In this document: one piece after another, positions 31,867-42,242 of the stretch
Layout of the letters: each line of letters opens with the position of its first letter
Numbering within the stretch: the stretch's first letter is position 1
NCBI GenBank assembly: GCA_963806535.1
Contig: CAWDYC010000007.1
Span: forward strand, 128,001-192,000
Length of the DNA stretch: 64,000 nt
Reading direction: 5' to 3'
Origin: Candidatus Bathyarchaeota archaeon
Lineage (GTDB): Archaea > Thermoproteota > Bathyarchaeia > Bathyarchaeales > Bathycorpusculaceae
Translations under genes and position numbers: made by a program
The notes under the pieces: model-generated
What the model was told of the DNA's origin: nothing
The model's input: the letters and a program-made list of their open reading frames with translations, nothing else
The model's database searches: none

Positions 31867-32676
31867 TCACGACAATGATGGCAAGACTTTCATTTTGTTA
31901 ACTATTGCTGTTTTCCACGATAATTGAAAATATCCTTGCATTAGCCCCAATAGCCCCTCATAGTTTGTGAAAATGAAAGGCATTTCTCCCAAATTTTGGT
32001 AGCGCTGAGAAGTACTTAATAAAAGAATATGGTTATCAACAATAGTATAGTTTCCTCCTGCTTTGCAAACAAATCTCAATTCAAATAAACAGTTTTGGAA
32101 CACTTTTTTCTCCAAGAATTCCCGCGCCTGATTTTCATCTTTGGGTAACTCAACAATTTGTTTTATTATCACTCCTCTTTCCATTGCACATTCAAGTGTG
32201 GTCTCGTAATATTGCCAAAACTGAAGAAACCTTTTCCAAGTTTGCATAAGTTCAATCTGCGACTTGGCTTCTTCAAAATACTTTTGAACTCTGTTCAATG
32301 TACGATTTTTGTTTAAGGTCATAAGAATTTCATGTTTAATTTCAAGACCCGATTTTTTTTGCGGAATACAATCGACGAGTGTCTTGATTTCTGTTTCAAG
32401 TTTTGAGATTTCTTGCCGCCGCTGTTTTACCAATATTGGCGCTACTTCTTTCAAAGGAACCGCCATATACTCCCCGCTCTCAAGTTTTTTCTCAACAAAG
32501 CCCATTTTCCCAAGTGATTGCAATATTTCATATAAATGGGTCCTGTGAATTTTTGAGATCCGTGAAATATGCGTTACTCTAGAAGGACCGCTAGAAATTA
32601 GTGCCAGAAAAACTTTGGCCTGTGACAACGTCAGTCCTAAACTAGTTAGTATTTGCTCGTCAGTTTGATTAGCCAA
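31867..32676 (-). CDS. TrmB-family transcriptional regulator
   Basis: LGLTLSQAKVFLAL..IHRTHLYEILQSL; C-terminal IVDN domain. Confidence 0.88.
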   Translation of the reverse strand: MANQTDEQILTSLGLTLSQAKVFLALISSGPSRVTHISRISKIHRTHLYEILQSLGKMGFVEKKLESGEYMAVPLKEVAPILVKQRRQEISKLETEIKTLVDCIPQKKSGLEIKHEILMTLNKNRTLNRVQKYFEEAKSQIELMQTWKRFLQFWQYYETTLECAMERGVIIKQIVELPKDENQAREFLEKKVFQNCLFELRFVCKAGGNYTIVDNHILLLSTSQRYQNLGEMPFIFTNYEGLLGLMQGYFQLSWKTAIVNKMKVLPSLS

Positions 32677-32879
32677 AGCAAAGCATCTTCTTATTCAAAC
32701 TGCTGTTCAAAACTCATTTTTACGGCTTTCCCCAAATCTTTTCCAAATATAGCTTTTGCCCTGTTCGCTTGTGCGTGCCTTTTGCACGTTACATCATCTT
32801 AAAAGCGCATCTATTCTTGACGTCTTCAAACTCTCATCGATTGAGAGCTCAAAAGCGACGTTAATACAGAGGCATCAGA

Positions 32880-33827
32880 TTGCCACTACCGTTCTATAGA
32901 ACCCTAAAACAAATTAATCAGAAAGGCTTCGTCGGGACAGCTTCCATGGTCCTTGCGTTATCGTTGAGGAGTATCATTAAGCATCTAAATGCAGTTCCTG
33001 AAAAAACCATTGTGGAAGTTAATAAGTCCAAAATGCTTCTCCTTCCAAAAAAACGCGGCATACATTATGAACTATTTTTCTACAAAAAAAGAGAGCCTAT
33101 TTGCACCGATTATCTAATGCACTCAGGTGCCCTCAAAGAAGGAAGCGTTGTCTTGGACATTGGAGCCAATATTGGTTATTACGTATTGATTGAATCCCAG
33201 CTCATAGGAGAAGGCGGAAAAATCTATGCTGTTGAGCCTGTTCACAGCAATTTTGAATTACTTAATGAAAACTTGCAACTTAATAATTTGCACAATGTTA
33301 GTACGTTCAACTTTGCTTTTGGCGAAAAAACTACAAAATCGAAAATTTACATTTCTGATAAGTCTAATTTGTGCTCTATGAATAGACAAGGGGCAGGCGG
33401 CAGAATCGTCGGTGCTGAGAAAGTTGAAGTTTTTACTGTTGATGATTTCTTGAAAGATAAGGTTGCTCCAAACTTTATTCGCATGGATGTGGAAGGCTAT
33501 GAATATGAAATAATCAAGGGGATGCCAAAGACCCTTAGCGGCAACATAAAAATGCTTATAGAACTGCATCCTTGGCCTCCTTTCCTTGATTCTGCCAAAA
33601 TGAGCGAAATACTTGATATTCTAGAGCAAAATCAATTTACAGTAAAATTTGCAGTTTTCGAAGATAAGGTTGAAGAAAACGAAGTCGTTAAGCTTCTCCT
33701 CAAGAAAGCTGGAAGTAAGCTGCCTCTCATTGCCTCGAACATATCCATTCAGGATCTAAGAAAATTACTTGCGGACAACATAAGATTAGCAAGCCCAAAT
33801 GTGCTATTTGTAAAAAAGGCGTCTTGA
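32880..33827 (+). CDS. FkbM-family SAM methyltransferase
   Basis: LDIGANIGYY, AVEP, RMDVEGYE. Confidence 0.9.
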   Translation: MPLPFYRTLKQINQKGFVGTASMVLALSLRSIIKHLNAVPEKTIVEVNKSKMLLLPKKRGIHYELFFYKKREPICTDYLMHSGALKEGSVVLDIGANIGYYVLIESQLIGEGGKIYAVEPVHSNFELLNENLQLNNLHNVSTFNFAFGEKTTKSKIYISDKSNLCSMNRQGAGGRIVGAEKVEVFTVDDFLKDKVAPNFIRMDVEGYEYEIIKGMPKTLSGNIKMLIELHPWPPFLDSAKMSEILDILEQNQFTVKFAVFEDKVEENEVVKLLLKKAGSKLPLIASNISIQDLRKLLADNIRLASPNVLFVKKAS

Positions 33828-33993
33828 CTTTTCAAAATACTTTTGTATCGTTCTTACATTTTCCAGATAATTAGATTATCAAAGATACTCTAGCTTCAAT
33901 ATTGAAACGATTGTTTATTGTAATTATAACTTCTTACTACACATGGATTAATCATTAACTATTGGCAGAAAATTAATATCGGACGCTTGAGCC

Positions 33994-34236
33994 ATGGTTT
34001 TAGGAAATGTTGGTGTATTAAAATTGAGTTTTGGACCAAAAGTCTTTAGCGGTGTTCAAGAAATGTTGGTCTTAGCGCTAATGCTTGTTTCTGTTTTTGC
34101 GATTTTCTATGTTAACATAGACGTCACATACAAGATAGGCATGATAGTCATAGTGTTCGCAGTAGTCTTCCTGACTACATTAGCCACCCAAATGCTAAAG
34201 CAGCAAGCGGAAATCAAGAAAGCTGCTGCAGCGTAA
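33994..34236 (+). CDS. Small 2-TM membrane protein
   Basis: Two hydrophobic helices. Confidence 0.65.
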   Translation: MVLGNVGVLKLSFGPKVFSGVQEMLVLALMLVSVFAIFYVNIDVTYKIGMIVIVFAVVFLTTLATQMLKQQAEIKKAAAA

Positions 34237-34352
34237 AACCGTTCTTTTCACTTTCACTGCACCCTCCCCTGTTCGCCTATGTCGTTTCAGCGCTGCTTTA
34301 AATAGCGTCAAAATCGCATTTTGCATTGTTCATGAACAGGGAGAATAAGAGA

Positions 34353-35072
34353 ATGTCTCAAAATTTAATTGTTAAACCTACAATGGCTCAACCATTATTT
34401 TCATTAAACATGCCAGACGTAGACGAGCTTTTCCCCGGTTTTACACCAGGCGACTTCGCAGTCCTTTATGGGTCACCATCGGTTATCTCATTAACTTCTT
34501 TACTCTGCGTCCGAGCTCAATTGCCAGCACAGCTTGGCGGCTTAGGAAGCAACGTTGTCTTTATCGACGGCGGAAACACATTTAAACTCTACAAAATTGC
34601 CCGTTTAGCCCAACTGCATCATCTTAATCCAAGACAAGCGCTTGAACGAATCTTTATTTCAAGAGCATTCACAGCTTACCAGTTAACTTCGCTCATACTT
34701 GATAAACTGGAAGAAACCGTACAAAAATATAATGCGAAACTTGTAGTCATTTCAGACATAGCAGGATTCTTCTTAGACGATGATATTCCCAATGAAGAAG
34801 CCCAAAAAGTCTACAGCCAAATAATCAATTACCTCTCAAGTTTCGCAAAAAAACACCAGATTATCTTAATCGCAACTTATCTTCCAGACTCTGAAAATGG
34901 AAGAAACAGTTTACTCCAAGAAGTAACCTGCTCAAAAGCAAAAACAGTACTGTACTTCAGCAAAACCACTTACACGCGAGAAATAACCTTAGAGAAACAT
35001 CCATCCTTTGTTTTAGGCACCGCAGAACTTCCCTCAGAAAATTTGAAACTAACCGACTTCATGGGCGCTTAA
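34353..35072 (+). CDS. RecA/Rad51-like ATPase-fold protein with degenerate Walker A
   Basis: DELFPGF.PG..LYG, QLPAQLGGLGSNVVFIDGGNTF, ISRAFTAYQL, LVVISDI; no GKT. Confidence 0.85.
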   Translation: MSQNLIVKPTMAQPLFSLNMPDVDELFPGFTPGDFAVLYGSPSVISLTSLLCVRAQLPAQLGGLGSNVVFIDGGNTFKLYKIARLAQLHHLNPRQALERIFISRAFTAYQLTSLILDKLEETVQKYNAKLVVISDIAGFFLDDDIPNEEAQKVYSQIINYLSSFAKKHQIILIATYLPDSENGRNSLLQEVTCSKAKTVLYFSKTTYTREITLEKHPSFVLGTAELPSENLKLTDFMGA

Positions 35073-35073
35073 C

Positions 35074-35343
35074 GTGGGAAAAACAGTTGAATCCTACCGC
35101 TTGGCAATAGAAGATGAAATACGTCGCTGGGACGGTTTCGCAAAAACACTCCGAAAAGAAGACAGAGAAGCCTTCAACATACTAATAAATGCATGCAGAA
35201 ATTATGCATCAGCTGGAAGCAATGCAACTCAACCTTTACCTCTTGAACCAATGATAATTTCAATGCTTGTCTCACAGCAGGTCCGCTTGCAGAGGCAACA
35301 GAAGGAAATAGATGATCTCAAGCAAAATCAACACATTGGCTAA
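35074..35343 (+). CDS. Small helical protein resembling PolB2-operon accessory protein (arCOG07300-like)
   Basis: MGKTVESYR..E...W..F...LRKEDREAF signature, coupled to the RadA-like gene. Confidence 0.7.
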   Translation: MGKTVESYRLAIEDEIRRWDGFAKTLRKEDREAFNILINACRNYASAGSNATQPLPLEPMIISMLVSQQVRLQRQQKEIDDLKQNQHIG

Positions 35344-35405
35344 TTGTGTTAGAAGATGGCTCCTTTACGTTTACTTTCTGAGATTAAAAAATGAAGAGTT
35401 TGAGA

Positions 35406-36188
35406 CTAAAACTCTTCAAGAAGCTTATCAAAAAGCATCTTACATTTACTAATTTCTTCCATAGATGTGTTATGTGCAAGCTCTAATGTAATCGGACCAT
35501 CGTAACCACATTCATGTAGTCGAGTTAGGAATGCGATTAGGTCATGTTTTGCCTTAGTGAAAGGCTTATGGGCCTTATCAGCCATGTGAACGTTACAAAC
35601 TCGCTTGCCATACTTGTCCAAAAGATTGTCAACCTGCCTTGTTTCCAACGCATGGCAAAGATCAAAGGTTATCCCCATGCGACCATCGTCAATCACACCC
35701 AAAACTTCTTCCAGCAACTCAACGTTTTTGCCAAAACCCGTTGAAGTATAGGACAAATTCTCCAAAGCCAACTTGATGCCCAAGCTTTTCGCAAATGGCT
35801 TGATTTCTTTATTAAAAATTTCATCCAAACACTTTTCACGAGCAACCGGAGACAGCTTTTTCGCAATATTCGAGTGCACAGTCATTAGAGGCGCTCCCAA
35901 TGCATTGGCGCATTCAAGAGATATTTTGCCGTAATAAACAGCTTGGTGAACCTCGATTGGATCTTTTACATGTAGGCTAGCTGAGTGAAGTGTTAGACAC
36001 TTAAGCCCAGAAGCCTGCAGTGCTTTTTGTTCACGATAAACATCGGTGTCACGTTCTTTCTTGATGGATTTCATGTTGAACTCAATGTTTTCAAAGCCAA
36101 GATGTTTAACCATGGCAAAATTTTCTTTTATACCGAGCTTGCTGAAAATTCCGTTAGACAAACTTAACTTCATACATCTGGCCTTCAA
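35406..36188 (-). CDS. Sugar phosphate isomerase/epimerase (AP-endonuclease-2 TIM barrel)
   Basis: LENL, FDLCH, VHMAD, ITLE. Confidence 0.85.
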   Translation of the reverse strand: MKARCMKLSLSNGIFSKLGIKENFAMVKHLGFENIEFNMKSIKKERDTDVYREQKALQASGLKCLTLHSASLHVKDPIEVHQAVYYGKISLECANALGAPLMTVHSNIAKKLSPVAREKCLDEIFNKEIKPFAKSLGIKLALENLSYTSTGFGKNVELLEEVLGVIDDGRMGITFDLCHALETRQVDNLLDKYGKRVCNVHMADKAHKPFTKAKHDLIAFLTRLHECGYDGPITLELAHNTSMEEISKCKMLFDKLLEEF

Positions 36189-36236
36189 ATTTTTAGTATT
36201 AATATTTTAAATTACTCTGCGAGATAAACGCGACGG

Positions 36237-36686
36237 TTACCGCGTTTTCTCTAAGAAAACTAAATTCACGTTAGCCGCTGGCTTCTCGACTTTAAACTTT
36301 GTGTAGCCAAGCTTTTCATACAAACGAATATTCTTAATGCTTTTTTCACCTGTAAAAAGCTCAAATCTGCTACATGAAAACAACCGTTCTATTTCCATCA
36401 GAAGCTTGGTTGCGATGCCTCGATTCTGGAAATCGGGATGAACCATTAGCCTGCCAATATGACACGTATTGTCTTTTTGTGATATTCTCACTGAGCCGAT
36501 GATTTTTCCTTCAGCAATTACCTTCAAAAAAACATGCGTCTTAAACTTGGCTTTCAATTCTTCTAGGGTTTCAACTAAGGGAGGAATCTGAAAATCACCA
36601 TGTATTTTTGCCTCGCTTTTATAAGCAAGCTTTTGAAGTAACAGAATTTCTTCAGCATCGTTGATTTTTGCTGTTTCGATATTCAT
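36237..36686 (-). CDS. GNAT N-acetyltransferase
   Basis: VHPDFQNRGIAT, NIRLYEKLGY. Confidence 0.9.
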   Translation of the reverse strand: MNIETAKINDAEEILLLQKLAYKSEAKIHGDFQIPPLVETLEELKAKFKTHVFLKVIAEGKIIGSVRISQKDNTCHIGRLMVHPDFQNRGIATKLLMEIERLFSCSRFELFTGEKSIKNIRLYEKLGYTKFKVEKPAANVNLVFLEKTR

Positions 36687-36729
36687 TTACTTCCACTTGC
36701 TTGTTAAGCAGCCGAGAAAGGTAAAAGGT

Positions 36730-36837
36730 TTAGCTTTCTTCTTGCTCTCGGATTTTCTTGATATGTGCATCGTGTTGTGGGCTGCTTGCTTCATCCATGG
36801 CAGGTCTAAATTGTTTCTTAGTTTTTCTTTGAGTCAT
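36730..36837 (-). CDS. Possible 35-aa peptide
   Basis: MTQRKTKKQFRPAMDEASSPQHDAHIKKIREQEES. Confidence 0.4.
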   Translation of the reverse strand: MTQRKTKKQFRPAMDEASSPQHDAHIKKIREQEES

Positions 36838-36952
36838 AAGTAAGGTTGAGTATTTTGCAGGGAATTAATCTTTTGTTGAATCCAACTGTTTCTTCATTCC
36901 GTTGCAAAATGTTAATCTCTACAAACACAAATTACTCTGCTTGAGTGAGACA

Positions 36953-37243
36953 ATGCAAATAAAAGTCCGCTTTTTCACAAGCCTCAGAGAAATCGTGGAT
37001 AAAAGAGAAGAACTCCTAAATTTCAATGAAAACGAAGTTACCGTTGACTATGTTCTCAAAACCCTTACAGAAAAATATGGTAAACCATTCAAGGAATACG
37101 TCTACGATAGCAAAACAGCTCAGCCAAAGGCTTTTTTGCAGTTTCTCGTTAATGGAAACAGCACATCAACACTAAAAGGATTAGAAACCGAGCTTAAAGA
37201 GGGCGATGTATTGGCTATTTTGCCACCAGTAGGCGGCGGCTAA
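36953..37243 (+). CDS. MoaD/ThiS ubiquitin-like protein (SAMP)
   Basis: Beta-grasp pattern, C-terminal LPPVGGG. Confidence 0.9.
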   Translation: MQIKVRFFTSLREIVDKREELLNFNENEVTVDYVLKTLTEKYGKPFKEYVYDSKTAQPKAFLQFLVNGNSTSTLKGLETELKEGDVLAILPPVGGG

Positions 37244-37267
37244 CTCTAGATACTGAATTCACTATTA

Positions 37268-37367
37268 AGAAGAAGGAGGATATGGTGCCCCTGCCAATTG
37301 TCCTTCTTCTTCTCTCAGAGAAAAACAACACCCAGTGCTAGCACCAACTGTTGTTGTTCTAAATTGA
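37268..37367. terminator. Tandem hairpins between convergent genes (terminator or sRNA)
   Basis: GAAGAAGGAGGATA/TGTCCTTCTTCTTC and AGAAAAACAACA/TGTTGTTGTTCT stems. Confidence 0.5.
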
Positions 37368-37393
37368 GAAGACCTAAAACAAAAAATTGTTCC

Positions 37394-39181
37394 TTACATT
37401 ACGCCTGCCCAGAAAGGAATCTTCTTTCGCATCATCGTAATGTATTCTTTGAGCACTTCTTGTTCGTCAGCCGTTAAATCATCCGCATGAGCCTTCTGCA
37501 ACGCTTGCGCATCTTTCTCAGGCACCTTCACAAAAAGCACATCCCGCTCAAAAATATGTCTGCCCGCAATTGGCTTATCCATCGAAATGGCCACTTCCAT
37601 ACCGACTTTCGCTTCAGGCACTGCTTTTCCTTTATCCTGAATTTGGTCAATTTCGCCTAAGTCGCTGCCGTCTTCAGCTCGCATAAGTCCGTATTTTGGT
37701 TTTAGTCTGCCACCCATTATTTCCACGCCGACAACCAGAGGCTTCGCCCTATGGAAAATACAGTTTGGCAAAACCCTAACTTTTCCTGGCTTAACAAGAG
37801 CTTCAAACTCCTCTTCACTCTTTGATTCACGCTTGTTTTTAGCCCATTGAATGTAGGCGTCTATGAGATTGTAAATTATTGGTTGGTTAAAAATTGGGAT
37901 GTTGTTGGCTGTGGCTTCTTCTTGTGCATCAGGCAAAGTTTTAACTCCGAATGCTAAGATTGCGCCAACCAATGGTTCACGCGTCTTAACCACTGAAGCC
38001 TCTATAACGTCGCGTTTGCTAATGTCGCCGACATCTGCAATTCGCACTTGCACGTTGTTTGCTTTCAAAATTTCAGCCATTGCCTCAAGCGAGCCAAGCG
38101 TATCAGCTTTAACTATAACGCCCTCAATCTCTTTTTTAATTCTGATTCTGCCTATTTCTTCAGTGATAAGCTTGCAATACTTTGCAGGATCTTCGCCGGT
38201 AGGCACAGAAAAAAGTGGCGCTCCAGCTAAAGCACCTTCCAAATCAGGGGCAACTATCTTAACACCCGCACTGGCAAAGACACATTCAACTGAAGTGAAC
38301 TTGTCCCGTGGATCCCGCATTTCATCCAAAGGTTTAGGTACTAAAATGGCACGTACACGAGCTGAAATTGGCCCATTTTTGCCGCCCACGACGATCAAAT
38401 CGTCTTTATGCAATGTACCGTCATAAACAATTGCGTTTAATGTTAAGCCTAAACCTGGTTCTTCTTTTACTTCCAGCACTGAGCCTTTAGCTGCACCTTC
38501 GGTTGTCTGCAGTCGTTTTGTGAGAAACTGTTGAGTTAACCCAACTAAAACCATAACTAGCTCAGATAAGCCCTCTCCAGTTTTGGCACTAGTTGGTACT
38601 AAAGCTATGTTCTGTGTGAAATCTCGAATGTGGTCAAAGCGATCAGTTTTAAATTGTAAACGGGAAAACTCGCCCATAACAACGTATAAACGGTTATCCA
38701 ACGCCTCACGAACAAAGCTAGATTGGGAAGCATAAGACTTTAAAAACGGCGCTCCCTGCTCAGCAACCCATCCGGGAATTCGATCTATCTTGTTAACAGC
38801 AACGATAAATGGGGTCTTGCGAGCTTTTAAAATTTCTATGCATTCATAAGTTTGAGCTTCAAAACCCTTCAAAACATCAACGACGAGAATTGCTATGTCG
38901 GCTACGCTTCCGCCTCTACGCCGAAGATTGGTAAATGCTTCGTGTCCAGGCGTGTCAACAATTAGTAAGCCAGGGATTTCTATGCCGGTCTTAAAGTTGC
39001 CCATGTATGGTCCGATTAACTGCTTGAGTGTTTCAACTGGGAAGAAGCTGGCGCCAATGTGCTGGGTCATGCCTCCTGCTTCACGCGCTTGCACACTCGT
39101 TTTTCTTAGTTCATCAAGAACGGATGTTTTTCCCGCATCTACGTGACCTAGGACGCATACTATTGGTTGACGAGTGGGCAT
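37394..39181 (-). CDS. infB: Translation initiation factor aIF5B (IF-2)
   Basis: GHVDAGKT, TQHIGA, DTPGHEAF, NKID. Confidence 0.97.
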   Translation of the reverse strand: MPTRQPIVCVLGHVDAGKTSVLDELRKTSVQAREAGGMTQHIGASFFPVETLKQLIGPYMGNFKTGIEIPGLLIVDTPGHEAFTNLRRRGGSVADIAILVVDVLKGFEAQTYECIEILKARKTPFIVAVNKIDRIPGWVAEQGAPFLKSYASQSSFVREALDNRLYVVMGEFSRLQFKTDRFDHIRDFTQNIALVPTSAKTGEGLSELVMVLVGLTQQFLTKRLQTTEGAAKGSVLEVKEEPGLGLTLNAIVYDGTLHKDDLIVVGGKNGPISARVRAILVPKPLDEMRDPRDKFTSVECVFASAGVKIVAPDLEGALAGAPLFSVPTGEDPAKYCKLITEEIGRIRIKKEIEGVIVKADTLGSLEAMAEILKANNVQVRIADVGDISKRDVIEASVVKTREPLVGAILAFGVKTLPDAQEEATANNIPIFNQPIIYNLIDAYIQWAKNKRESKSEEEFEALVKPGKVRVLPNCIFHRAKPLVVGVEIMGGRLKPKYGLMRAEDGSDLGEIDQIQDKGKAVPEAKVGMEVAISMDKPIAGRHIFERDVLFVKVPEKDAQALQKAHADDLTADEQEVLKEYITMMRKKIPFWAGVM

Positions 39182-39283
39182 ATTTTATTTCACTTCCGAT
39201 AAATATTCAATGTGACTAAATGATTTTTTGGTTAATAAATGATGATGGAAGCATTTTTATTATTAGATCATGTTCTGGGTTAA

Positions 39284-39613
39284 TTGGTGGAAAAGTTGGT
39301 TTATTGCACAAAATGTGGTTCGCCTTTGAAGGATGATGATTTGTTTTGCCTCAACTGTGGTGCGCGAGTCGCCAAGATAACTACCGACGAATTTACCGTT
39401 TCTAGTGGAGATTTAGTTGACCGTGTCAAAGAGCTGCTTCATGAGGGAAATGTTACACGGGTCCTTGTTAAAAATGAAACAGGCAAGACATTGCTTGAGA
39501 TTCCTGCGACCGTAGGCGTTGTAGGTGTAGTGTTAGCCCCTTGGTTAGCGGCTTTAGGTGTTATTGCTGCCTTAGTCACTAACTGCCGCATTGTTGTTGA
39601 AAGAAGAGAGTAA
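39284..39613 (+). CDS. Zinc-ribbon plus DUF4342 protein
   Basis: CTKCG..CLNCG followed by LVDRVKELLHEGNVTR. Confidence 0.82.
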   Translation: MVEKLVYCTKCGSPLKDDDLFCLNCGARVAKITTDEFTVSSGDLVDRVKELLHEGNVTRVLVKNETGKTLLEIPATVGVVGVVLAPWLAALGVIAALVTNCRIVVERRE

Positions 39614-39615
39614 GT

Positions 39616-39816
39616 TTATTCAGGCGGCTTAACAAGAAGCAAAAACAAACCAATAATCAGCATAATTAAGCTTATTACACCGAAGAATACGGTGAATGCG
39701 CCTAGCCCGCTTGTTGTTGCTGTGAAGTAAAGCATTACTGCGCCAATTACAATTAGTAGTACTCCAAAGAATTTTTCGGCAAGCGAGACCCAGAATGTGT
39801 CGCCTTCGTCACTCAT
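39616..39816 (-). CDS. Small 2-TM membrane protein
   Basis: Two hydrophobic helices starting MSDEGD. Confidence 0.65.
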   Translation of the reverse strand: MSDEGDTFWVSLAEKFFGVLLIVIGAVMLYFTATTSGLGAFTVFFGVISLIMLIIGLFLLLVKPPE

Positions 39817-40081
39817 TGTTTTCGCCCTTCTCTCCTTGTTATTGGCTACAATAAACATGATGGGTTATTTTAAATTATTTGTTGTAAACAAGAATCTATT
39901 CAGACTAAATGCGGATTACGCTGCTTGCTTGCGATTTCTGAAATTTGTTTGTTTCAGAGATTGTTTCATCCTAATACAAAGCAAGTTTTCAAAAATAATC
40001 TACAGGTGACTTATGAAATAAACTACGAAAGGATTCTAACTAAAAATAAAAAATTAAAAAGAAAAATTAAAAAGGGAAAGT

Positions 40082-41734
40082 TTATTCTTCGCCCATTCCG
40101 CCCGGCATTCCGCCGCCTGGGCCACCTGGACCGCCTTTTGGAGCTTTGCTTGTGATTACGTCATCTATGCGTAGTATCATTGCTGCTGATTCTGCTGCTG
40201 ATTTGATAGCTTGTTCTTTGACAACGATTGGTTCTATTACTCCGTTTGCGATGCTGTCTTGTAATTTGCCTGTGAAGACGTTGATTCCAAGGTTTTTGCC
40301 TTCAGCTGCGTCGTGTTTTGAGCGAAGTTCAACAAGGATGTCTATTGGCTCGAGTCCTGCGTTTTCTGCGAGTGTGCGTGGAATTACTTCTACTGCGTCC
40401 GCGAATGCTTCAACAGCTAATTGTTCTCTTCCGCCGACTTTTGTTGCGTACTTTCGCAGTTCTTTAGCTATTTCGACTTCTACTGCTCCGCCGCCTGGAA
40501 CGATTTTGTTGTTTTCAATTACATCTGAAACTACTGATAATGAATCGGTCATTGCTCTTTCTGCTTCGTCAACCATGCGTTCAAGTCCTGCTCGGATGAG
40601 TATGGCTACGCTGTGTGGGTCTTTGCATTTTTCGACGAAGATCATTTTGTCGTCGCCGATTTTGCGTTCTTCAACTAAGCCTGCAAAGCCAAGGTCTGCT
40701 GCTTTGAAATCATCTAAGTCGCTGCTTATTCTTGCGCCTGTTGCTCTTGCGAGTTTTTCCATGTCTGATTCTTTTACGCGTCGTGCTGCCATGATGCCTT
40801 CTTTGGCTAGAAAGTGCTGAACCATGTCGTCTATGCCTTTTTGGCAGAAAACTATGTTTGCGCCTGAGGCTTTGACTTTTGTAACCATTTTTTGCATCAT
40901 ATCGTTTTCTTGGTCTAGGAACGCTTTCATTTGTGATGGATCTTTAATGCGGATTTCAGCGGTAATTTCTGTTTTCTCTATTTCCAACGCTGAATCTAAA
41001 AGCGCAATTTTCGCGTTTTCCTTTTTCTTTGGCATTCCTGGATTAACGACTTCTTTGTCGATGATTATTCCTTGGATTAATTGGGTTTCAAGCAAACTTT
41101 TGCCTGTTTTCTTGATCATTTGAATGTTGTCTATATCAGCTATGGTTTTATCGCCGCGTTGTTCTGCGATTTGCATTACTGCATCTATGGATATTTCTGC
41201 TAGGTGCTCTCTTGCTGCGCCGACTGCTTTGCTGCTCATTGATGTTAATGCAACTTTAAGGAGTGTTTTGCGGTCCTTTATGTCAAGTGGAACTGCTAAT
41301 TTGTTTATGATTTCGATTGCTTTCTGTGATGCTTTGCGGTAGCCGCTGACTAGAATTATTGGGTGAATGTTTTGGTCTAGGAGTTCTTCAGCTTTTTTGA
41401 GAAGTTCACTTGCGAGAACTACTGCTGTTGTTGTTCCGTCGCCGACCATGTCGTCTTGTGTTTTTGCTATTTCAACCATCATTTTTGCTGCGGGGTGTTC
41501 AACGTCGATTTCTTTCAGGATCGCTGCGCCATCGTTTGTTATTGTTATGTCGCCTAGGCTGTCAATTAGCATTTTGTCCATGCCTTTTGGGCCTAAAGTT
41601 GTTTTTAGTACCTCGCCGATTACTCGTGCGGCCATAATGTTGTTTCTTTGGGCTTCTTTGCCTCTACTTCGAGTTGTTCCTTCTTTAAGAATCAAGACTG
41701 GCTGTCCTGAACCTGTTGTTGTTAAATACGCCAT
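40082..41734 (-). CDS. ths: Thermosome (group II chaperonin) subunit
   Basis: [24 protein letters not shown] tail. Confidence 0.97.
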   Translation of the reverse strand: MAYLTTTGSGQPVLILKEGTTRSRGKEAQRNNIMAARVIGEVLKTTLGPKGMDKMLIDSLGDITITNDGAAILKEIDVEHPAAKMMVEIAKTQDDMVGDGTTTAVVLASELLKKAEELLDQNIHPIILVSGYRKASQKAIEIINKLAVPLDIKDRKTLLKVALTSMSSKAVGAAREHLAEISIDAVMQIAEQRGDKTIADIDNIQMIKKTGKSLLETQLIQGIIIDKEVVNPGMPKKKENAKIALLDSALEIEKTEITAEIRIKDPSQMKAFLDQENDMMQKMVTKVKASGANIVFCQKGIDDMVQHFLAKEGIMAARRVKESDMEKLARATGARISSDLDDFKAADLGFAGLVEERKIGDDKMIFVEKCKDPHSVAILIRAGLERMVDEAERAMTDSLSVVSDVIENNKIVPGGGAVEVEIAKELRKYATKVGGREQLAVEAFADAVEVIPRTLAENAGLEPIDILVELRSKHDAAEGKNLGINVFTGKLQDSIANGVIEPIVVKEQAIKSAAESAAMILRIDDVITSKAPKGGPGGPGGGMPGGMGEE

Positions 41735-41848
41735 ATGTTATCACATTCTTTAATAGAACTTTATTTAATTCGGAAATAAGCAAAAAGTCTACGGAAATAT
41801 AAACTTTTACCTTTAAAATAGGCGGCTTATGTTATTTGTTTACGGTGT

Positions 41849-42115
41849 TTAAATCCAAGCTGTCTCAATTTCTTTTATTTGTCTAAACTTATCTATTTTG
41901 TCTGCGGTTTCAGGATCTGGGTAAGCACCTATCATATCCCAGATTGATTTTTTTGGTTTGAGGAGTATGCCCTCTTTTGTGTCGATTACTGCAAGCTTTG
42001 TTCCTTCTTCTATTTTGTATTTTTTGCGCAGTTTAACAGGAATAGTGGTTTGTCCTTTTTTGGTGACTACAACTTCAACTTCTTGGGCTTGATTCTGCGT
42101 AACTTCGATTTCCAA
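41849..42115 (-). CDS. AbrB/MazE/SpoVT DNA-binding protein
   Basis: VTKKGQTTIPVKLRKKYKI.EG. Confidence 0.88.
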   Translation of the reverse strand: MEIEVTQNQAQEVEVVVTKKGQTTIPVKLRKKYKIEEGTKLAVIDTKEGILLKPKKSIWDMIGAYPDPETADKIDKFRQIKEIETAWI

Positions 42116-42242
42116 CTTTTAACGCCGTATTACTTTTAGAGTGGTATTACCTTTAAGTATCGCGGAGAAACGCCTGATCTATCCTCAGGCAATTACAAAG
42201 GCTTTTTAGCTGAACACCATCCATGTTTAATTGTGACTGACC

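Noticed and set aside
32759-34277. Shared 10-mer CCCTGTTCGC upstream of the FkbM and RadA-like genes
   Set aside because: Only two copies, with different spacing to putative TATA boxes; could be chance
40146-41753. Long antisense ORFs opposite thermosome (likewise opposite infB, smc, purL)
   Set aside because: Shadow ORFs from codon bias of well-supported genes
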